A DNA stretch of 64,000 nucleotides from Eledone cirrhosa (GCA_964016885.1 OZ024740.1:73284001-73348000); one strand, 5' to 3'. Counted from the stretch's first letter, positions 11,961 to 25,727 are shown. The notes: a model not told the origin generated them from the letters alone. Numbers and translations are program-made.

Positions 11961-13014
11961 TAAAACCGTCACACCTTTCAGAGAAAAAACCCGCATAATG
12001 AAAAGATAAAACTAAATCTATTTATAGTTTTTAATAGCCAACATTATGAAATGTAATTAACCTGATGAAGAATAAACTAAAATTATATATTAAATTTCTG
12101 TATTACTGTTCACTATATGTGGGGAGAAGTACAGTAAAGCATTTTGGTTGGTGGGGTGGGGATTTTGTCATGGGGTTTTTATCCGTTGGGTTGTTTGATT
12201 TTTTTTTTTTTTTCATAATGATAACTGTAATCCACAGATATTTGGCTGCTGTTTCTAGCCGGTCGAATAACACCATATAAGCTTCCTCGTTGTTTCATTA
12301 GAGCTGGAGTATTTTAGTATTGCTAAAGTGTTTCTATTAATGTATTCAAAGCGACCTAAAACGAAATAACTTTCTCTATAAGAAGCTACGATTTCTATTA
12401 GACATTAAATACAAAAGATTTTAACTGTTGCAGAAAAACACTCCGTTTAATTTGAAGATTTCAACGATCTCCCAGGTTTGTCTTAAACAACGACACTATT
12501 TATTTTTAAGGTTATATGTTCTTTTATCAACCACAAAACATTTTGTAAGAGATGTGTATCAGAATAATCATAGAGAGTGATATTATTTTATTGGACAGTA
12601 CCTGATTCACCAGCTTTAGATGGAAAACACCACATTCAGACAGTTTTCTGGCAAGCAACGCTAATGAACCTTAACGGCAACACTGATTATGGCGTGAGAA
12701 ATATTCCTCATTAACTACAGTCTTCTTCTCTCTAACTCTCTACAGCAAAGCCGAGTGACTTTAATTTAAGGTTCGGCTACTTCCGTTGGTGCTTATCAGT
12801 TTCCGAATAACTGCCGCTATACCTTGTAATTTACACAACATGACAACCGCTATCATCCACTAAACACTGAACGCCGAACGCTGTAAAATTAGATTCTTTT
12901 TGAATTAATCTTTTTCTTCCTTTTATCCATTTAATGTCTCAACACATACGCCATACACACATCTATCAGCTATCTTCTATCTATTCACTGATGTACCTAC
13001 ATATATATATAAAT

Positions 13015-13116
<102 letters not shown>

Positions 13117-13125
13117 ATATATATG

Positions 13126-13182
<57 letters not shown>

Positions 13183-13280
13183 ATTCATATATTTATATAT
13201 TTACATATGTGTGTGTCTGTACATAGAGATATATACAAACACGCATACATTCATACATATATACATAAGTATAATAAGTA

Positions 13281-13313
<33 letters not shown>

Positions 13314-13459
13314 GCATACACACAAACATGTATATACATATACATGTACATATATGTATATACATATACATATATGTATATACATATAAAGATATGTATA
13401 TGTGTATACATATCTTTATCTAAAGCTATCTCCCTCTCTCTCTCTCTCTCTCTTTCTGT

Positions 13460-13549
<90 letters not shown>

Positions 13550-13859
13550 TCTTACGCATGTTCGTATACATACTGACTAACATTCATATATGGTTAAGAC
13601 TCACTTACATATATACATTCCTCCCACCACCACCACCACCACAACACTGTATCCTTATGCTCCTACATATACTGTCGTATACCTTCATATGTTCGTACTG
13701 ATATTCATTCACATGTGTATAGAAGGCACATTTATATACATTTCTGAAAACACCTACAATTGAGTGAAAACATGAAACTATTCCAATATGTTGGAGCACT
13801 TTGATTGTAAGTGTTGGCTGAAAACTTGTTATTTCTAGTTTACAGAAATAACAGTTTTG

Positions 13860-14465
13860 TAACCAGGGAACTGGGGGCCTCTAAAAGCTGTTTCTTGGGA
13901 AAAATTCAATTCAATCCAATCCAGGGTCTTCTTACTCCTGTTGGAGGACACCCTCTCTGGTTGACCTCGACTGCTTTCTGTTTGGTTTTGGTCATGTCAA
14001 GGGTGTAGCCATACTCACTACACTTGGCCAATTGCGGGTTGGTAAGACTGTTTAACCCTTTAGCATTCACATTACTCTATATTTACTATTGTATTTTCAC
14101 ATAAAAGGCTTTATCTCATATAATTATCTCACATAATATCGAATCTATGAGATTTTGATATTTATTTTGAGAACAATACCTTAACGTTGGTATGAGCGGC
14201 CAGTTACGACCAGTTTGAACAGAAAGAGATTTCTAGCTAGATATGGCCGGTTTAAATGCTAAAGGGTTAACCTATGATTTGTGTGGATCGCCGTTGACTT
14301 TGAGGAGTTCATCCGTCCTTTTAACAGCTCTTGTTGTTGTTTGTGCTGTTGGGGTTCTACTTAAATTCCTCACCAGACCAGGGTCTAATGAGTAAGCTGG
14401 TTTAGTTGCCAATCACTCAACCATGAAGCAGGTTGTACTGAGTTACATAGTACCAGTAGCAGGCA
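13860..14465 (-). mobile_element. RTE-type LINE 5' region remnant, interrupted by a MITE
   Basis: The reverse complement of 14271-14465 aligns by eye with 60845-61030 (tgctactggta..tgta....agtacaacctg...catgg...ttggc.actaaac; ggtgagga; agtcaa.g.c.atcca). Confidence 0.55.
14056..14266. mobile_element. piggyBac-type MITE
   Basis: 12-bp TIRs ccctttagcatt / aatgctaaaggg flanked by a TTAA duplication (14052-14055, 14267-14270); no coding capacity. Confidence 0.85.
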
Positions 14466-15589
14466 GAAGCCTGAGTGGGAAAGATAACCACCAGAAAATT
14501 AACATTTCACAAAATCTGAAATGATAAACCAGAGCCGGTGTTTCTGTAATCCAACCTACGTGTAATCCAGTTGTTTGATCAACTGAACTTATCTTACTTA
14601 TTGAATTAACGGGTGAGGTGGCTGAGTATTTCAGAGACATGTATGCTCTTAACATAATATTCAAATGATAACGGTGGGACATAGAATTTGATTTACAGGT
14701 ATAATCTATCTGATAGACTTCTATGCAGTTTTTGTCTACCTAATTTCACTCATCAGTTCTAGATCGACCCGCTCAAGATGCCCGAACGTGGTACCGAATC
14801 CAAATCATCAAGAAAGAGAGAGAGATAGAAAAAGCGAGAGAGAGAGAGGGGGGGGGAGTTAAATCTTAATAAAATTTTATTTATATCTTGCTTCTATGTC
14901 AAATTTAAAATCAATTTCTTCTAAACTCTTCCGTCTTAAACATTGATGGATTCTCTGCATTTTTCAGCGATGAGCATTCAGTTGTTCGACAAAATGAACT
15001 TCCAACTTATGAATTAATATAATAGTGGCTGAGTATTCCACTGACACGTGTGGCCTTAATGAAATTCACATGCTGAATCAACACCACACAATCTAAGACA
15101 AGGTTGAGCTTCGACTTTCAGGTACAACATTTCTGACGAGCTTTCAAAATTTCCGTCTACTCAGTTTCACTTATAATGTTTGGGTTGAATCGAGGTTACA
15201 GTAAATGACACTCTCTCAAGTTGCCAGACAGTTGAATCGAACCTGGGACCTCATGATTGCGAAGTGAATTCCTTAACACCTCAGTTATGCCCGTGTTTAT
15301 AAATGAAAAGATGGCCAATAAGGGGATCGAACAAACGATATTCGTGTTATTAACTCGATGCTGTAATAAACTAAGATAACCGAATAAATTGTTAAACGTG
15401 CCAAAGAAAAAAATAGATATGTATATATATATATATATAATTGTTAGACCAGAACTGTGTTCCTATTGGTCTTTCCATTTCTGATACTATCTGCTGGTCG
15501 CGGATCCTGGCAGAAGGGGTGGGGTTTAATCTTAGAACATATATACCAGAATTGCACTATTCTTAAACAGTTTCTGTCAATCCACCTGG

Positions 15590-15950
15590 GTTAGTACTTT
15601 GTTTATTGACCTCGAAAAGACAATATTGACGTTGGTAGGATTTGAACTCAGAAAAGTGCAACAAATACCGAGGTATTTAATCCACCGCCTAACGACTCTG
15701 TCAATTCACCACCTACGTATATCCCAGCAAATAGATCTCTAAAAGTTCAAAAAGTACATTTGTGGTTTCTAAATTGCGCACAAAGCCAGAATACTTTTGG
15801 GTGAAGAGAGGAAGAGTTAGATCGATACCAGTACGTGACTGGTATTGTATTTCATTGATCCTGGAAGGCAAAGCTAACCTCGGCAGTATTTGAACTCAGA
15901 ACATAAAGAGCCGAAATTAATATTGTAAAGCATTTTGTCCGATGCTATGA
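15590..15950 (-). mobile_element. Two decayed tRNA-derived SINE copies
   Basis: atttgaactcagaa B-box-like segments with aacctcggc/gacgttgg context, homologous to 25540-25727. Confidence 0.6.
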
Positions 15951-16411
15951 TTGACTGAACATACACGTGCTTTTTCTTAATGTTTTCCTTCTTTTCTCTT
16001 CTCACTCTCTGTCTTTCTATTTCATCTTTATTTTTCATGCTAACATCTGATGAAAAACTAGTGTCCGAAACGTAAATACTCTTTTCTTACGTCATATATC
16101 AAATGTTAAAATAATATATTTCTTCATTGTAGTAGGTTGTTTGCTTTGATGTTTCCGTTTACACTGTGAGGATCTGGAAACATTTGTTAAAACCAACTGT
16201 TGAAACCTTATGAGAATCTTGTTTAAAAATATAAGATTCTTCTTAAGAGATTGAGACAAGAAAATAGTCGTACTTTCGACAAATCACACGCACACACACA
16301 CACACACACCACACATGTATGTATGTATGTATGTATGTATGTATGTATGTATGTATGTATGTATGTATGTATGTATGTATGTATGTGCGCGTGTGTGTGT
16401 GTATGTGTATG

Positions 16412-16450
<39 letters not shown>

Positions 16451-16454
16451 TTAA

Positions 16455-16770
16455 GGCGGCGTATTGCCAGAGTCGTTACAACGTCGGATATAATGCTTTG
16501 TGGAATTCGTTCCGTCTCTCTGCTCTCTGAGTTAAAATCTCATCAAGATCAACTTTGTCTTTGATTCTTTCACGGTCGATAAAAAAATGTACCAGTCTAG
16601 TATTGGAGTCGATTTTTCTTCTATATCTCTTTCTCACTTCTTCCGTCTTATTTTATCCTTCTCTTGAAAAATCTACCGTATTCAAACCTGGAGAGGAGAA
16701 AAGATGGGCTCCGCCAGGCTTAAAATGTCAGTACGCCGCCCTTAGGACTCCATCACCAGTTACGGGATTA
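16455..16770 (+). mobile_element. tRNA-derived SINE with a 'gctccgccagg..aaaatg' 3' module
   Basis: SINE head/body followed by a module also present at ~20970-21060, ~46690-46760 and (-) ~10830-10895. Confidence 0.6.
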
Positions 16771-16895
16771 AGAAGAAGATATGTATGTTTATATGTGTAT
16801 GTATATGTATATATATATGTGTGTATGTGTGTGTGTATATGTCTGTGCGTGTATGTATATGTATTTGTATGTATATGTATGTATGTGTGTATATA

Positions 16896-16948
<53 letters not shown>

Positions 16949-16956
16949 CACACACG

Positions 16957-17012
<56 letters not shown>

Positions 17013-17427
17013 TACGAAATCATGTAATCTGACTTGTCTTTAGATTCCCGAATCTAAATGACAACGTAGCAAAAAAGCGTTTGCCACAAAATATCCATGA
17101 AACCATGAATCCATGAATCCATAAGGAGGTGTTTATTAATGAGGCAACCCACCCCCTCCTTAAATATAATTGATCGTATCTTCTAATGGATACCTCAAGA
17201 ATTCTACTGCTCTCTCTCTCTCTCTCTCTTTTGTTCTAATCCGTTGTATGTCTTAATTCTAGTGTAGCAGACACACAGAGACACTTCAAAGACTTTTTTC
17301 AGCGGTTTAATAATAATTTTCATTTCATTACTTCCTTTATTTGCATATTTTTTTATTTTATTTTATTTTATTTTTTTATTTATTTATTTATTTGTTCATT
17401 TATTTATTTATTTATTTGTTCATTCAT

Positions 17428-17466
<39 letters not shown>

Positions 17467-18499
17467 TTTGACTTTGAAGCGTCCTTGGTTGGCCCCCGAG
17501 GTGGTTGAAATTGTAAGTGTTGAAGAAAGTCGTAAAAACATTCTCTATTTTTCTGCCAAGCTTACCAAAAATTAAGACGAACATTATATCACCGTGAAAA
17601 GGAAGATTTGTCTTTAATTTACAATGCGTCGCGCAAAGAAGATAGAATAGAATAAAATAAAAGATAACAAAATTGCGTTTGCGAATCGTTATTTCCCGCC
17701 ATTAAAACCACGCCCCCTTTTTCCTTTCAATTTCGTTCGGGATGAGCCAGAGAAAATATAAACGCTTCTGAGCCCTGAAGGTGCGAAAGGTCACGAGGTC
17801 TGCTGTGAATACATTATATAAAAAGAGGAAAAAATGTTACGGCGGCTAGATTTAAATTGATGCCTTATATTTTATTATATGTTATACGTTCACACACTTC
17901 TTTCACTTTCTACCGTTTACGTTTCGGTTAACTTACTCATTGTATTAAATATAATACTTATTAATCGCCAATTGAAATTTTGCCAAAACGACATAAATAC
18001 ATTTTAGTATCCTTTTCTTATGTATATAAACAGATTATCATTGCCTAAGGAGTTTATTTATTCATTTAAAATGTCCTACAATCTGAGTATCCTGTCTGAT
18101 GTTTGTTATAAAACTGAGTCTAGAATCATTACATTTGTGTGTGTGTATGTGTGTGTGTGTGGGGGGGGGGGGGGTATGTGTGTGTGTGTGTGTGTGTCTT
18201 TGTATGTGTGCGTCTGTGTGTGTGTGTGTGTTTGTGTGGGTGTGTTTGTGTGTGTGTATGTATATGTGTGTGTTGGTGGTGGTGGTGGTGGTGGTAGTAG
18301 TAGTTATCATACAAAGGACCACTGTTCAACACTGACACAGGAAGGATGTACTAGCTTCAAGCTTATTAGCTGTTGAAACGGCAAGAGCTCAGCCGTCGGG
18401 TCCCGACTCATTATAATAAAACCATACTCTACTACTCCAAGTATCGAGTACTCTGTTGAGTAATGGTTTAACCAGTTTGAAACTGAATCGATCCTGATT

Positions 18500-18566
<67 letters not shown>

Positions 18567-19133
18567 CGTGTGTGTGTGTGTTTATCCCGGGTTCAATCGG
18601 GGGTAACAACAGTAAGTAAGGTACTCAATACATAGCAGAGTATAAATATTTAATATAGATATGGCTTCTCCAGGACTTTACTGATGATTTCCTCCGAATG
18701 AAACAGTTCTAGTCCTGTAGATTATATCCTAAACGGACGGTAGTCTGTTTGGTAATATTGTTGTGGTCGTGTTTTCGTTGGCAATCGTCTGTTTACGACA
18801 GTACAGCGCGGCTCTACTTTATTTAACTGAGATAAAACTTATATGAGCATGAACAGTAGATCATTACGCATCTTTTGGCTTAAAAATCTAGAAATTTGGT
18901 CCAGCGGGAAAAAGTTTATAATCAAAGTTTGCTGATAAATCTTGTGTTCAAGTGAGTGAGTAGTAAGCGTGACGCTAGGGGAGGTAATTACGAGGTAATT
19001 ACAAGGGGAGGTAATCTAATATATTTCAAATTGTATTTTTAACTAAATTCATTTATCATAGTCTAATATTTTAAAAATAGGTGAGTGCTCCACGATGATG
19101 ACCCATGTCCCCGCCATGTGGAGGGGATGCTTA

Positions 19134-19199
19134 GGAGCCATCCAGATATCATGTGACCATTTTTGGTTCGCGGTGTCCACATGATATTTGGATGGCCCT
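19134..19199. repeat. Miniature hairpin/TIR element (possibly Zator-like MITE)
   Basis: 19-bp arms gccatccagatatcatgtg / cacatgatatttggatggc (one mismatch), 22-bp loop, GG..CC termini in a TWA-like context. Confidence 0.45.
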
Positions 19200-19684
19200 T
19201 TATACTAATTAGTCATTTATCTGCATAAAAATTATACCAGATCATTCTGATTATTGGCTTGAAATCTTTTACAAAATTAGTATGAGCAACTAAGAGGTCA
19301 TCAATAGAAATAGAATTACTTTTTGAAGTTTTCATGCACAGCATTTTGGGGGATTTTAAATAAAAGTTAATATCATAATTCTTATTTTGTATACCCACAT
19401 TGCAGATACAGAGAAACATGACAATCCTATATAAAGGTCGTAGACAGCAGTATCAGTTTTTATCCGTAACACCATTGAAATGCACAAGTTTCACCAATTC
19501 ACTATTATGCACTAATCATCTCAAATGCATTCATGATTTACTAGCTTTGTCATTAAGCCAGTTGCCTCAACTAGATTGCAATTATACTCGAAAGAACTTT
19601 AAAATGTCAATCACTTGTCAGTAATTCACTATGATCTTTTAATTATTAGATAGTTGTTGCTTGCATTGCCTTAAAAAATAGTAG

Positions 19685-20675
19685 ACCAGATAGAAAAATG
19701 CGTACAGCAAAAAAAAGTAATATTGTTCGAATATAAACCTTTAAAAATACAGGACAAGAAACTAAAATAAAACTTTAAAAAATTGGACAAGAAATAAAAA
19801 ATTTTACAATAATATTAGTGGCAAAATCTTTTTATTCGTTTCCTGTGACATGCCCCAGTATCTTCTTGATTAGTGCATAATAATTGTTATGCTCTCATTG
19901 TACGTTGCCCCTGAGCGGTTGATTCTGGTTGGGGTTGGTTGGCTGAGCAGTTCTGCTCCGTCAGAATGACAGTGCAAGAAGAATTGGCCGATGCAGCTGC
20001 AGGTCTCCTCCAAGAATGCACTTCTGGTCCCGCAACACCAGACGAAGATGGAGAAGACGACCGGGACAAGATGTCGACTCTGACCACCGACTACGGCACC
20101 TCCCTCAACCACCGGTCCTCCCTCCCTCTGTCCCGTCATCCCTCCAGTCCTCCTGCTCCCCCTTCCTGTACCAGAAAGCTGTGGCACGCATTCATCTGGA
20201 CTGCCGGACTTGAACTCAAGGACAAGATGCAAGGAGAAGATGGACGGGTTGGTCAAGATCAAGGATGAGCGGGACGACAAGACCGTCCGCTGCTGCTCAA
20301 GATCTGTGCTCATGGGCCCATGGGTCCATTCACATTATGCATGACACATGAGGCGTGTCGCCGAATGATGAAATAGGGGTATGGTTATGGCCCAATTGGT
20401 GTTCAAACCAGGATCAAATGATCCCCCGGTTTGACGACGACCTCTGAATGTGGAACCCAGAGCCTATGAATGTGGATCACGATTTTTTACCAATAAAAAT
20501 TTTGCCACTAATATTATTGTAAAATTTTTTATTTCTTGTCCAATTCTTTAAAGTTTTATCTTAGTTTCTTGTCCTATTCTTTTAAAGTTTTATTTTAGTT
20601 TCTTGTACTGTATTTTTAAAGGTTTATATTCCAACAATATTACTTTTTTTTGCTGTACGCATTTTTCTATCTGGT
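19685..20675 (+). mobile_element. Fold-back element: ~150/185-bp AT-rich inverted arms around a ~650-bp GC-richer core
   Basis: 19685-19836 is the reverse complement of 20492-20675 (the right arm has an extra ~30-bp internal duplication). The right arm begins at AATAAA and ends at (TA)n. Confidence 0.8.
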
Positions 20676-20715
20676 ATATATATATGTGTGTGTGTGTGTG
20701 TATCTATACACACAC

Positions 20716-20818
<103 letters not shown>

Positions 20819-21070
20819 TTCGTTCTGGCTCTCTGCAATCTGAATTCAAAACCCACCGAGGTTAACTTTGAATTTCATCCTTTCGAGGCCGATAAAAAAT
20901 GTACCAGTCTAGTACTGGGGTCGAGTATGCCTCTATATCTCTTCCTATCCTTCTCTCGAAGAAATCTTCTATGTTCAGACCTAGGGAGGGTCGAGCTCCG
21001 CCAGGTTTTAAAATGCCCAAGAAACGCCACTACGGCGCCCTCCCTCACGACTCCATCAGGAGATAAGGGA
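20819..21070 (+). mobile_element. tRNA-derived SINE (5'-truncated) with 3' module
   Basis: ctgaattcaaaacccaccgaggttaactttgaatttcatcctttcgaggccgataaaaaatgtaccag. Confidence 0.65.
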
Positions 21071-21366
21071 CCATGCATGGATATACGTTGTTGCAGGACA
21101 ACCTCTCCTTTTAGGTCCGTGCGCGGGCTTCCATAAAAGAACACCGTTGACGCACTCGTTTTTTACCCTGTAACAATGTCCCGCGTAACAATGTTTGGCT
21201 TGTTAGCGTTTATCAAGACCACATACTCCGCTGCCTTTGCCGATAACTATAGTAGCTGGATTCTTATAGAATTCCAGTAATATTTAAGAGGTGTTTAAAC
21301 AGAGCTGTTGCCGGTCCAGCAAAAATTAGGTATTAGTATTGGTGCTCTGAAATAGCGATGTATACA

Positions 21367-21546
21367 TGAATGTATGTATAGTCTATTTGGCAATATACCG
21401 TATGTTTAATTATGATCACTCTCCGATGTTTTTGCCGAGAATAAGTAAGTGACATAGTCACTACTTTAAAACTCATAGCGAATGGTCTTCAAAATGTTTT
21501 TAATTAAACATACAGTATATTGCCAAATATACTATGCATATATTCA
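21367..21546. repeat. Short fold-back (46-bp inverted arms)
   Basis: 21367-21412 versus 21501-21546, 4 mismatches, 88-bp spacer; ends at (CA)n(TA)n. Confidence 0.75.
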
Positions 21547-21553
21547 CACACAT

Positions 21554-21613
<60 letters not shown>

Positions 21614-21660
21614 AAAGAGTGAAGAATAACATGGTCGGCTGTACAAAAAGGGTTTATTTA

Positions 21661-21773
21661 CAGTATTAACAATTGTTTCATTAATCAGGTGAGTCTAAAA
21701 GCCGCTGATCGCTAGAAAATATGTCACTCGACCTTAATTACAGTCTTTGCCTGATCAAATCATCAGAATACTG
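21661..21773 (-). ncRNA. Type I hammerhead ribozyme candidate (intact core, long stem II loop)
   Basis: Minus strand reads CAGUAUU-CUGAUGA-U-UUGAUCAGG...CCUGAUUAA-U-GAAA-CAAUUG-UU-AAUACUG: 7-bp stem I, 9-bp stem II, palindromic stem III, then AATAAA. Confidence 0.72.
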
Positions 21774-22001
21774 GTGTGTGTTACATACGCCTATTTCAGT
21801 CTTTGCCTGATCAAATCATCAGAATACTGGTGTGTGTTACATACGGCTATTTCAGTCTTTGCCTGATCAAATCATCAGAATACTGGTGTGTGTTACATAC
21901 GGCTATTTCTGGAGTCCAGAAATAGCCGTATGTAACACACACCAGTATTCTGATGATTTGATCAGGCAAAGACTGTAATTAAGGTCGAGTGACATATTTT
22001 C
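21741..22001. repeat. 3 x 56-bp tandem repeat followed by an inverted copy (palindrome centre 21914)
   Basis: Units 21741-21796, 21797-21852 and 21853-21908; ggctatttctgga-g-tccagaaatagcc centre; the right arm mirrors back to the sequence at ~21715. Confidence 0.92.
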
Positions 22002-22269
22002 ATGGCAGCGATAATGAGGGACAGAGACCGCTGGAGAGAACTCGTCCATGGATCTCGGGAATTTTACCCGCCTTATATATATATAGGATGTTACAAGTTA
22101 AATCCAGTAAGACCATGATTAAACTTTGCACTCTACAGTTAAGGAAAGTAGAGTTTAGATATTACTGTAGTGATACATTTTGCCCGACGGTTAAACTTAA
22201 ACAAATGTTATAGCAAATCACGGAACGCTTTAAACTCAACCGTCGGAGAAAGAATCTATATATAAAGAA

Positions 22270-22359
<90 letters not shown>

Positions 22360-22479
22360 AATAATGAATCAAAACATATCAAATATGTTTAGAATTTTGT
22401 GTTTCTCAATAAGCTCAATAGACTTTATCTAGAGCCATAATAACCAATACATGGCTCTTTCTCTCTTTATTTGGTTATG

Positions 22480-22594
<115 letters not shown>

Positions 22595-23193
22595 TCCCTT
22601 GTCTTTCATCCTTGGTAGGTAGAAGACCTCTTTACCTGAACTACGTTCTTCTAACGAAAGTCAAACTTTTCAATTTTCTTATTCTTTCAGAGCTAACATG
22701 TTATACATTTTATGTGTTAAGCTAAGTCTAATTCTAGTCGTAATATTTTACGCACTTGTATTCGTTTTTGTCGAAAGACACCCGTAAATGTTCCTGTTCA
22801 TTCTTTGTTTCTTTGTCATCTCACATGCATCTCATCAACAGAACTGTTCTCTAATCTGTTGTAAAAACTTGCATTAGAAGAACAATACAAACGTAATGTG
22901 TGAAATTGTGCCCTAGCATCGTGGCTGATGAGATAAGGATGCAGCCGACTGTTCGTCTTTTGTAACTGTGTCCATTTTCTTCTGGGCATATTTCCCCGTC
23001 CATTGAAGTATTTTTTTCCGATTTCTAAGCTATTACTTACAGCAATCGATTGTTTTTACAGTTATTTTCTGTGCCTGGAATTCCTACATTTTCTAATGAA
23101 TTTCAAATTACTCAGCGTCTTGATAGTTTGTTTAGAAGGCTGTATACACACGCACACACATACATGCGTACAGACACACACGCGCACGCACGC

Positions 23194-23309
<116 letters not shown>

Positions 23310-24053
23310 TAAAATTAACTTGTATAAAACACATAAATATATAACTAGATATTAAAAGAAAAAGACGAACGTATAGACTCACTGATTCATCATATATACA
23401 AATATAAACACATTTCCACTAGCATTTTGCCCTGTAGATAAAATACCTGAAGCTAAGAAGAGAAACTAAACACACTGATTAGAATGTGTTGATTGCTAGA
23501 GTTATAAAACAACAACAAAAAATAAAACTACAAAATATTTCCACCATTTTCCCTGTAGTTAGTTATGTCTTTATTTGTCTTTCATGTTATTTTTCACTTA
23601 ATTTTATCAGACCAACCAGGCGGAATAAAATGACGCTAGAAATATACAAAACAATCGTATAATGATTAACGGGCAATGAAATTGAGAGAATGCTGACGAT
23701 CGTTGCCGGAAGACACAGCGAAAATAAATGGCGGAAAGTCTTTATCCATGTCCACATAAACAGTAAGTCTCGTCCCGTCTCGTCTCGTCTCATCTCATCC
23801 CCTCTTGTGTTTTTTTACACACACAGACACAGACACACACACACACACACATATATATATATGTATATATGTATATGGGTAATGACTGAGGCGAGCTGTT
23901 TGAGCAAGTGTAGATTAGAAGGTGATTGTCCATAATGCACAAAAGCCAGCGGCGTCGTTGATTCCTTTTCTCCATTCTCTACATCATCAGAGAAAAACAA
24001 TCTCATAGCTACAGACTCGGTGGGCGAAATTTATTTGAGCTGATCGCCTACTT

Positions 24054-24144
<91 letters not shown>

Positions 24145-24852
24145 GTGTTTATATATTATATATACATATATGTTTATATATCTGTTGGATGAAACGCGCG
24201 TCCTCGAGTATGGTTTGCTAATTTGTTGTAGAATTAACTATACATATATATATATATATATATACATAGATAATTATATATATATAATATTTACTATTGG
24301 CCCTAAGATAGATTAGCCATAGCCGTTGAGATATTTTGAAGCATTCAGTCAGACGTATAATGTGACCTGTTGAGACTACATCACTTACCTTCATCTTCTC
24401 TCTTGGAACAACATAAACCAGTTTATGATTGATCTAATAAAGGCTAACCCAGTTCAAGCAACGAGTGGTGCGGGCGTACACACACATGCATATAAACACA
24501 CTCACACAGACACACACACACACACACGCACGCACATAACCTAATGCTCACGCCCACACGAATTTACACAATGCACGCATACACATATATGTGTGTGTGT
24601 ACATGAGTGAGTGTGCATGCGTGTGCGTATATATATATATATATACACAACCAAATGTATATATATATATATATGCGCGTGTGTGTGTATTTATGAATGT
24701 GTGTATGCATGTAATGTATGTATGTCCATGAGTGTATACATGTATATGTGTATGAGGTCGAGTTCGTTTTGACTTCTGGCTAGTTTTCTTTTCTTCACTC
24801 ATCGTCTGCTGTCCGCATGGTTAGCTCGCTGATTGGCTGTGTTCACCTTACA

Positions 24853-24908
24853 GACTAATTAGCTGATGATTTTCACCAACGGTAAGAAACGCTAGTGTTT
24901 AATCAGTC
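24853..24908 (+). ncRNA. Degenerate type I hammerhead motif
   Basis: gactaattag-CTGATGA-ttttcaccaacggtaa-GAAA-cgctagtg-tt-taatcagtc; stem I is one nucleotide out of canonical register. Confidence 0.45.
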
Positions 24909-25539
24909 GGCAAAAGTCATAAACAAGCCAATGGTCATTTAACTGTCCACTAATGGCCGTAGGATATCTACAGCGTGATTATTTCAGCTTACTGCAATCA
25001 CCGACAGTAACGACCTCTTCTAGAAATAATTATTGCTAGATAGGATATTAGATAAACCTATCAGGATTAATAACAATTAAGTGGAATATTTGCAAATGTC
25101 TGTCTACCTCGGAAACTTTGCCTAGTGGAGAAGATAAACTTAGTTGAAGAAGTATATATAAGGTATGGCTGTGTGGTTAAGGTGTTTGCTTCATGTAACT
25201 GTGTGGTTTCGAGTTCGGTCCTACTGCTTGGTTGCACATAGGGTGCATGTATCTTCTACTATTCTGCTACAATCCCAGAACTTTGCGACGAATATAATTT
25301 GGAAACTTCTCTCACAAAGTTGAAACTTCAAAATCACTGCCACTTTCGTCCCCAGAAAATAAAATGTACACCCTGCATTCGTGTATTGAGTGCTCATTCA
25401 ATTAATCTTTGAATGGTTTAAGTATAATGGTATTTTAAATAACCGCTCAAATACACACATACACACGCACACACGCGCTCACACACCCACACATACACAC
25501 ATGCAAACACACACACATAAACATACATATATATATAAT

Positions 25540-25727
25540 TGTTTCTACTTTAGTCACAAGGCCAGCAATTACCCAGTGCATTACTGGTACTTTTATTTTA
25601 TCGACCCCGTAAGGATGAAAGGCAAAGTCAACCTCGGCGGGATTTGAACTCAGATCGTAAAGGGACGTAACTATGCTGGAAAGCATGGCGTCCGACCCTC
25701 TACCGATACTGCCAATCCACCGCCCTT
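25540..25727 (-). mobile_element. Young tRNA-derived SINE
   Basis: Nearly identical to ~56630-56798 and similar to ~48805-48992; B-box-like ctgagttcaaatccc and body gccgaggttgactttgcctttcatcc. Confidence 0.8.

Noticed and set aside
19137-19196. pre-miRNA hairpin
   Set aside because: The near-perfect arms with GG..CC termini fit a miniature TIR element better, and I recognise no miRNA family.
21741-21908. CRISPR-like array
   Set aside because: These are contiguous tandem units with no unique spacers, in a eukaryotic context with no cas genes. The same applies to 49690-50188 and 54141-54530.
23960-23997. Other CTGATGA/CTGAAGA hits (minus strand here; also ~10130, ~12062, ~22925, ~45800, ~62445)
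   Set aside because: Stems I, II and III cannot be formed, or GAAA/UH are missing or in the wrong order.
25540-25727. tRNA genes
   Set aside because: The A/B-box-like segments are embedded in SINE bodies and do not form complete cloverleaves.
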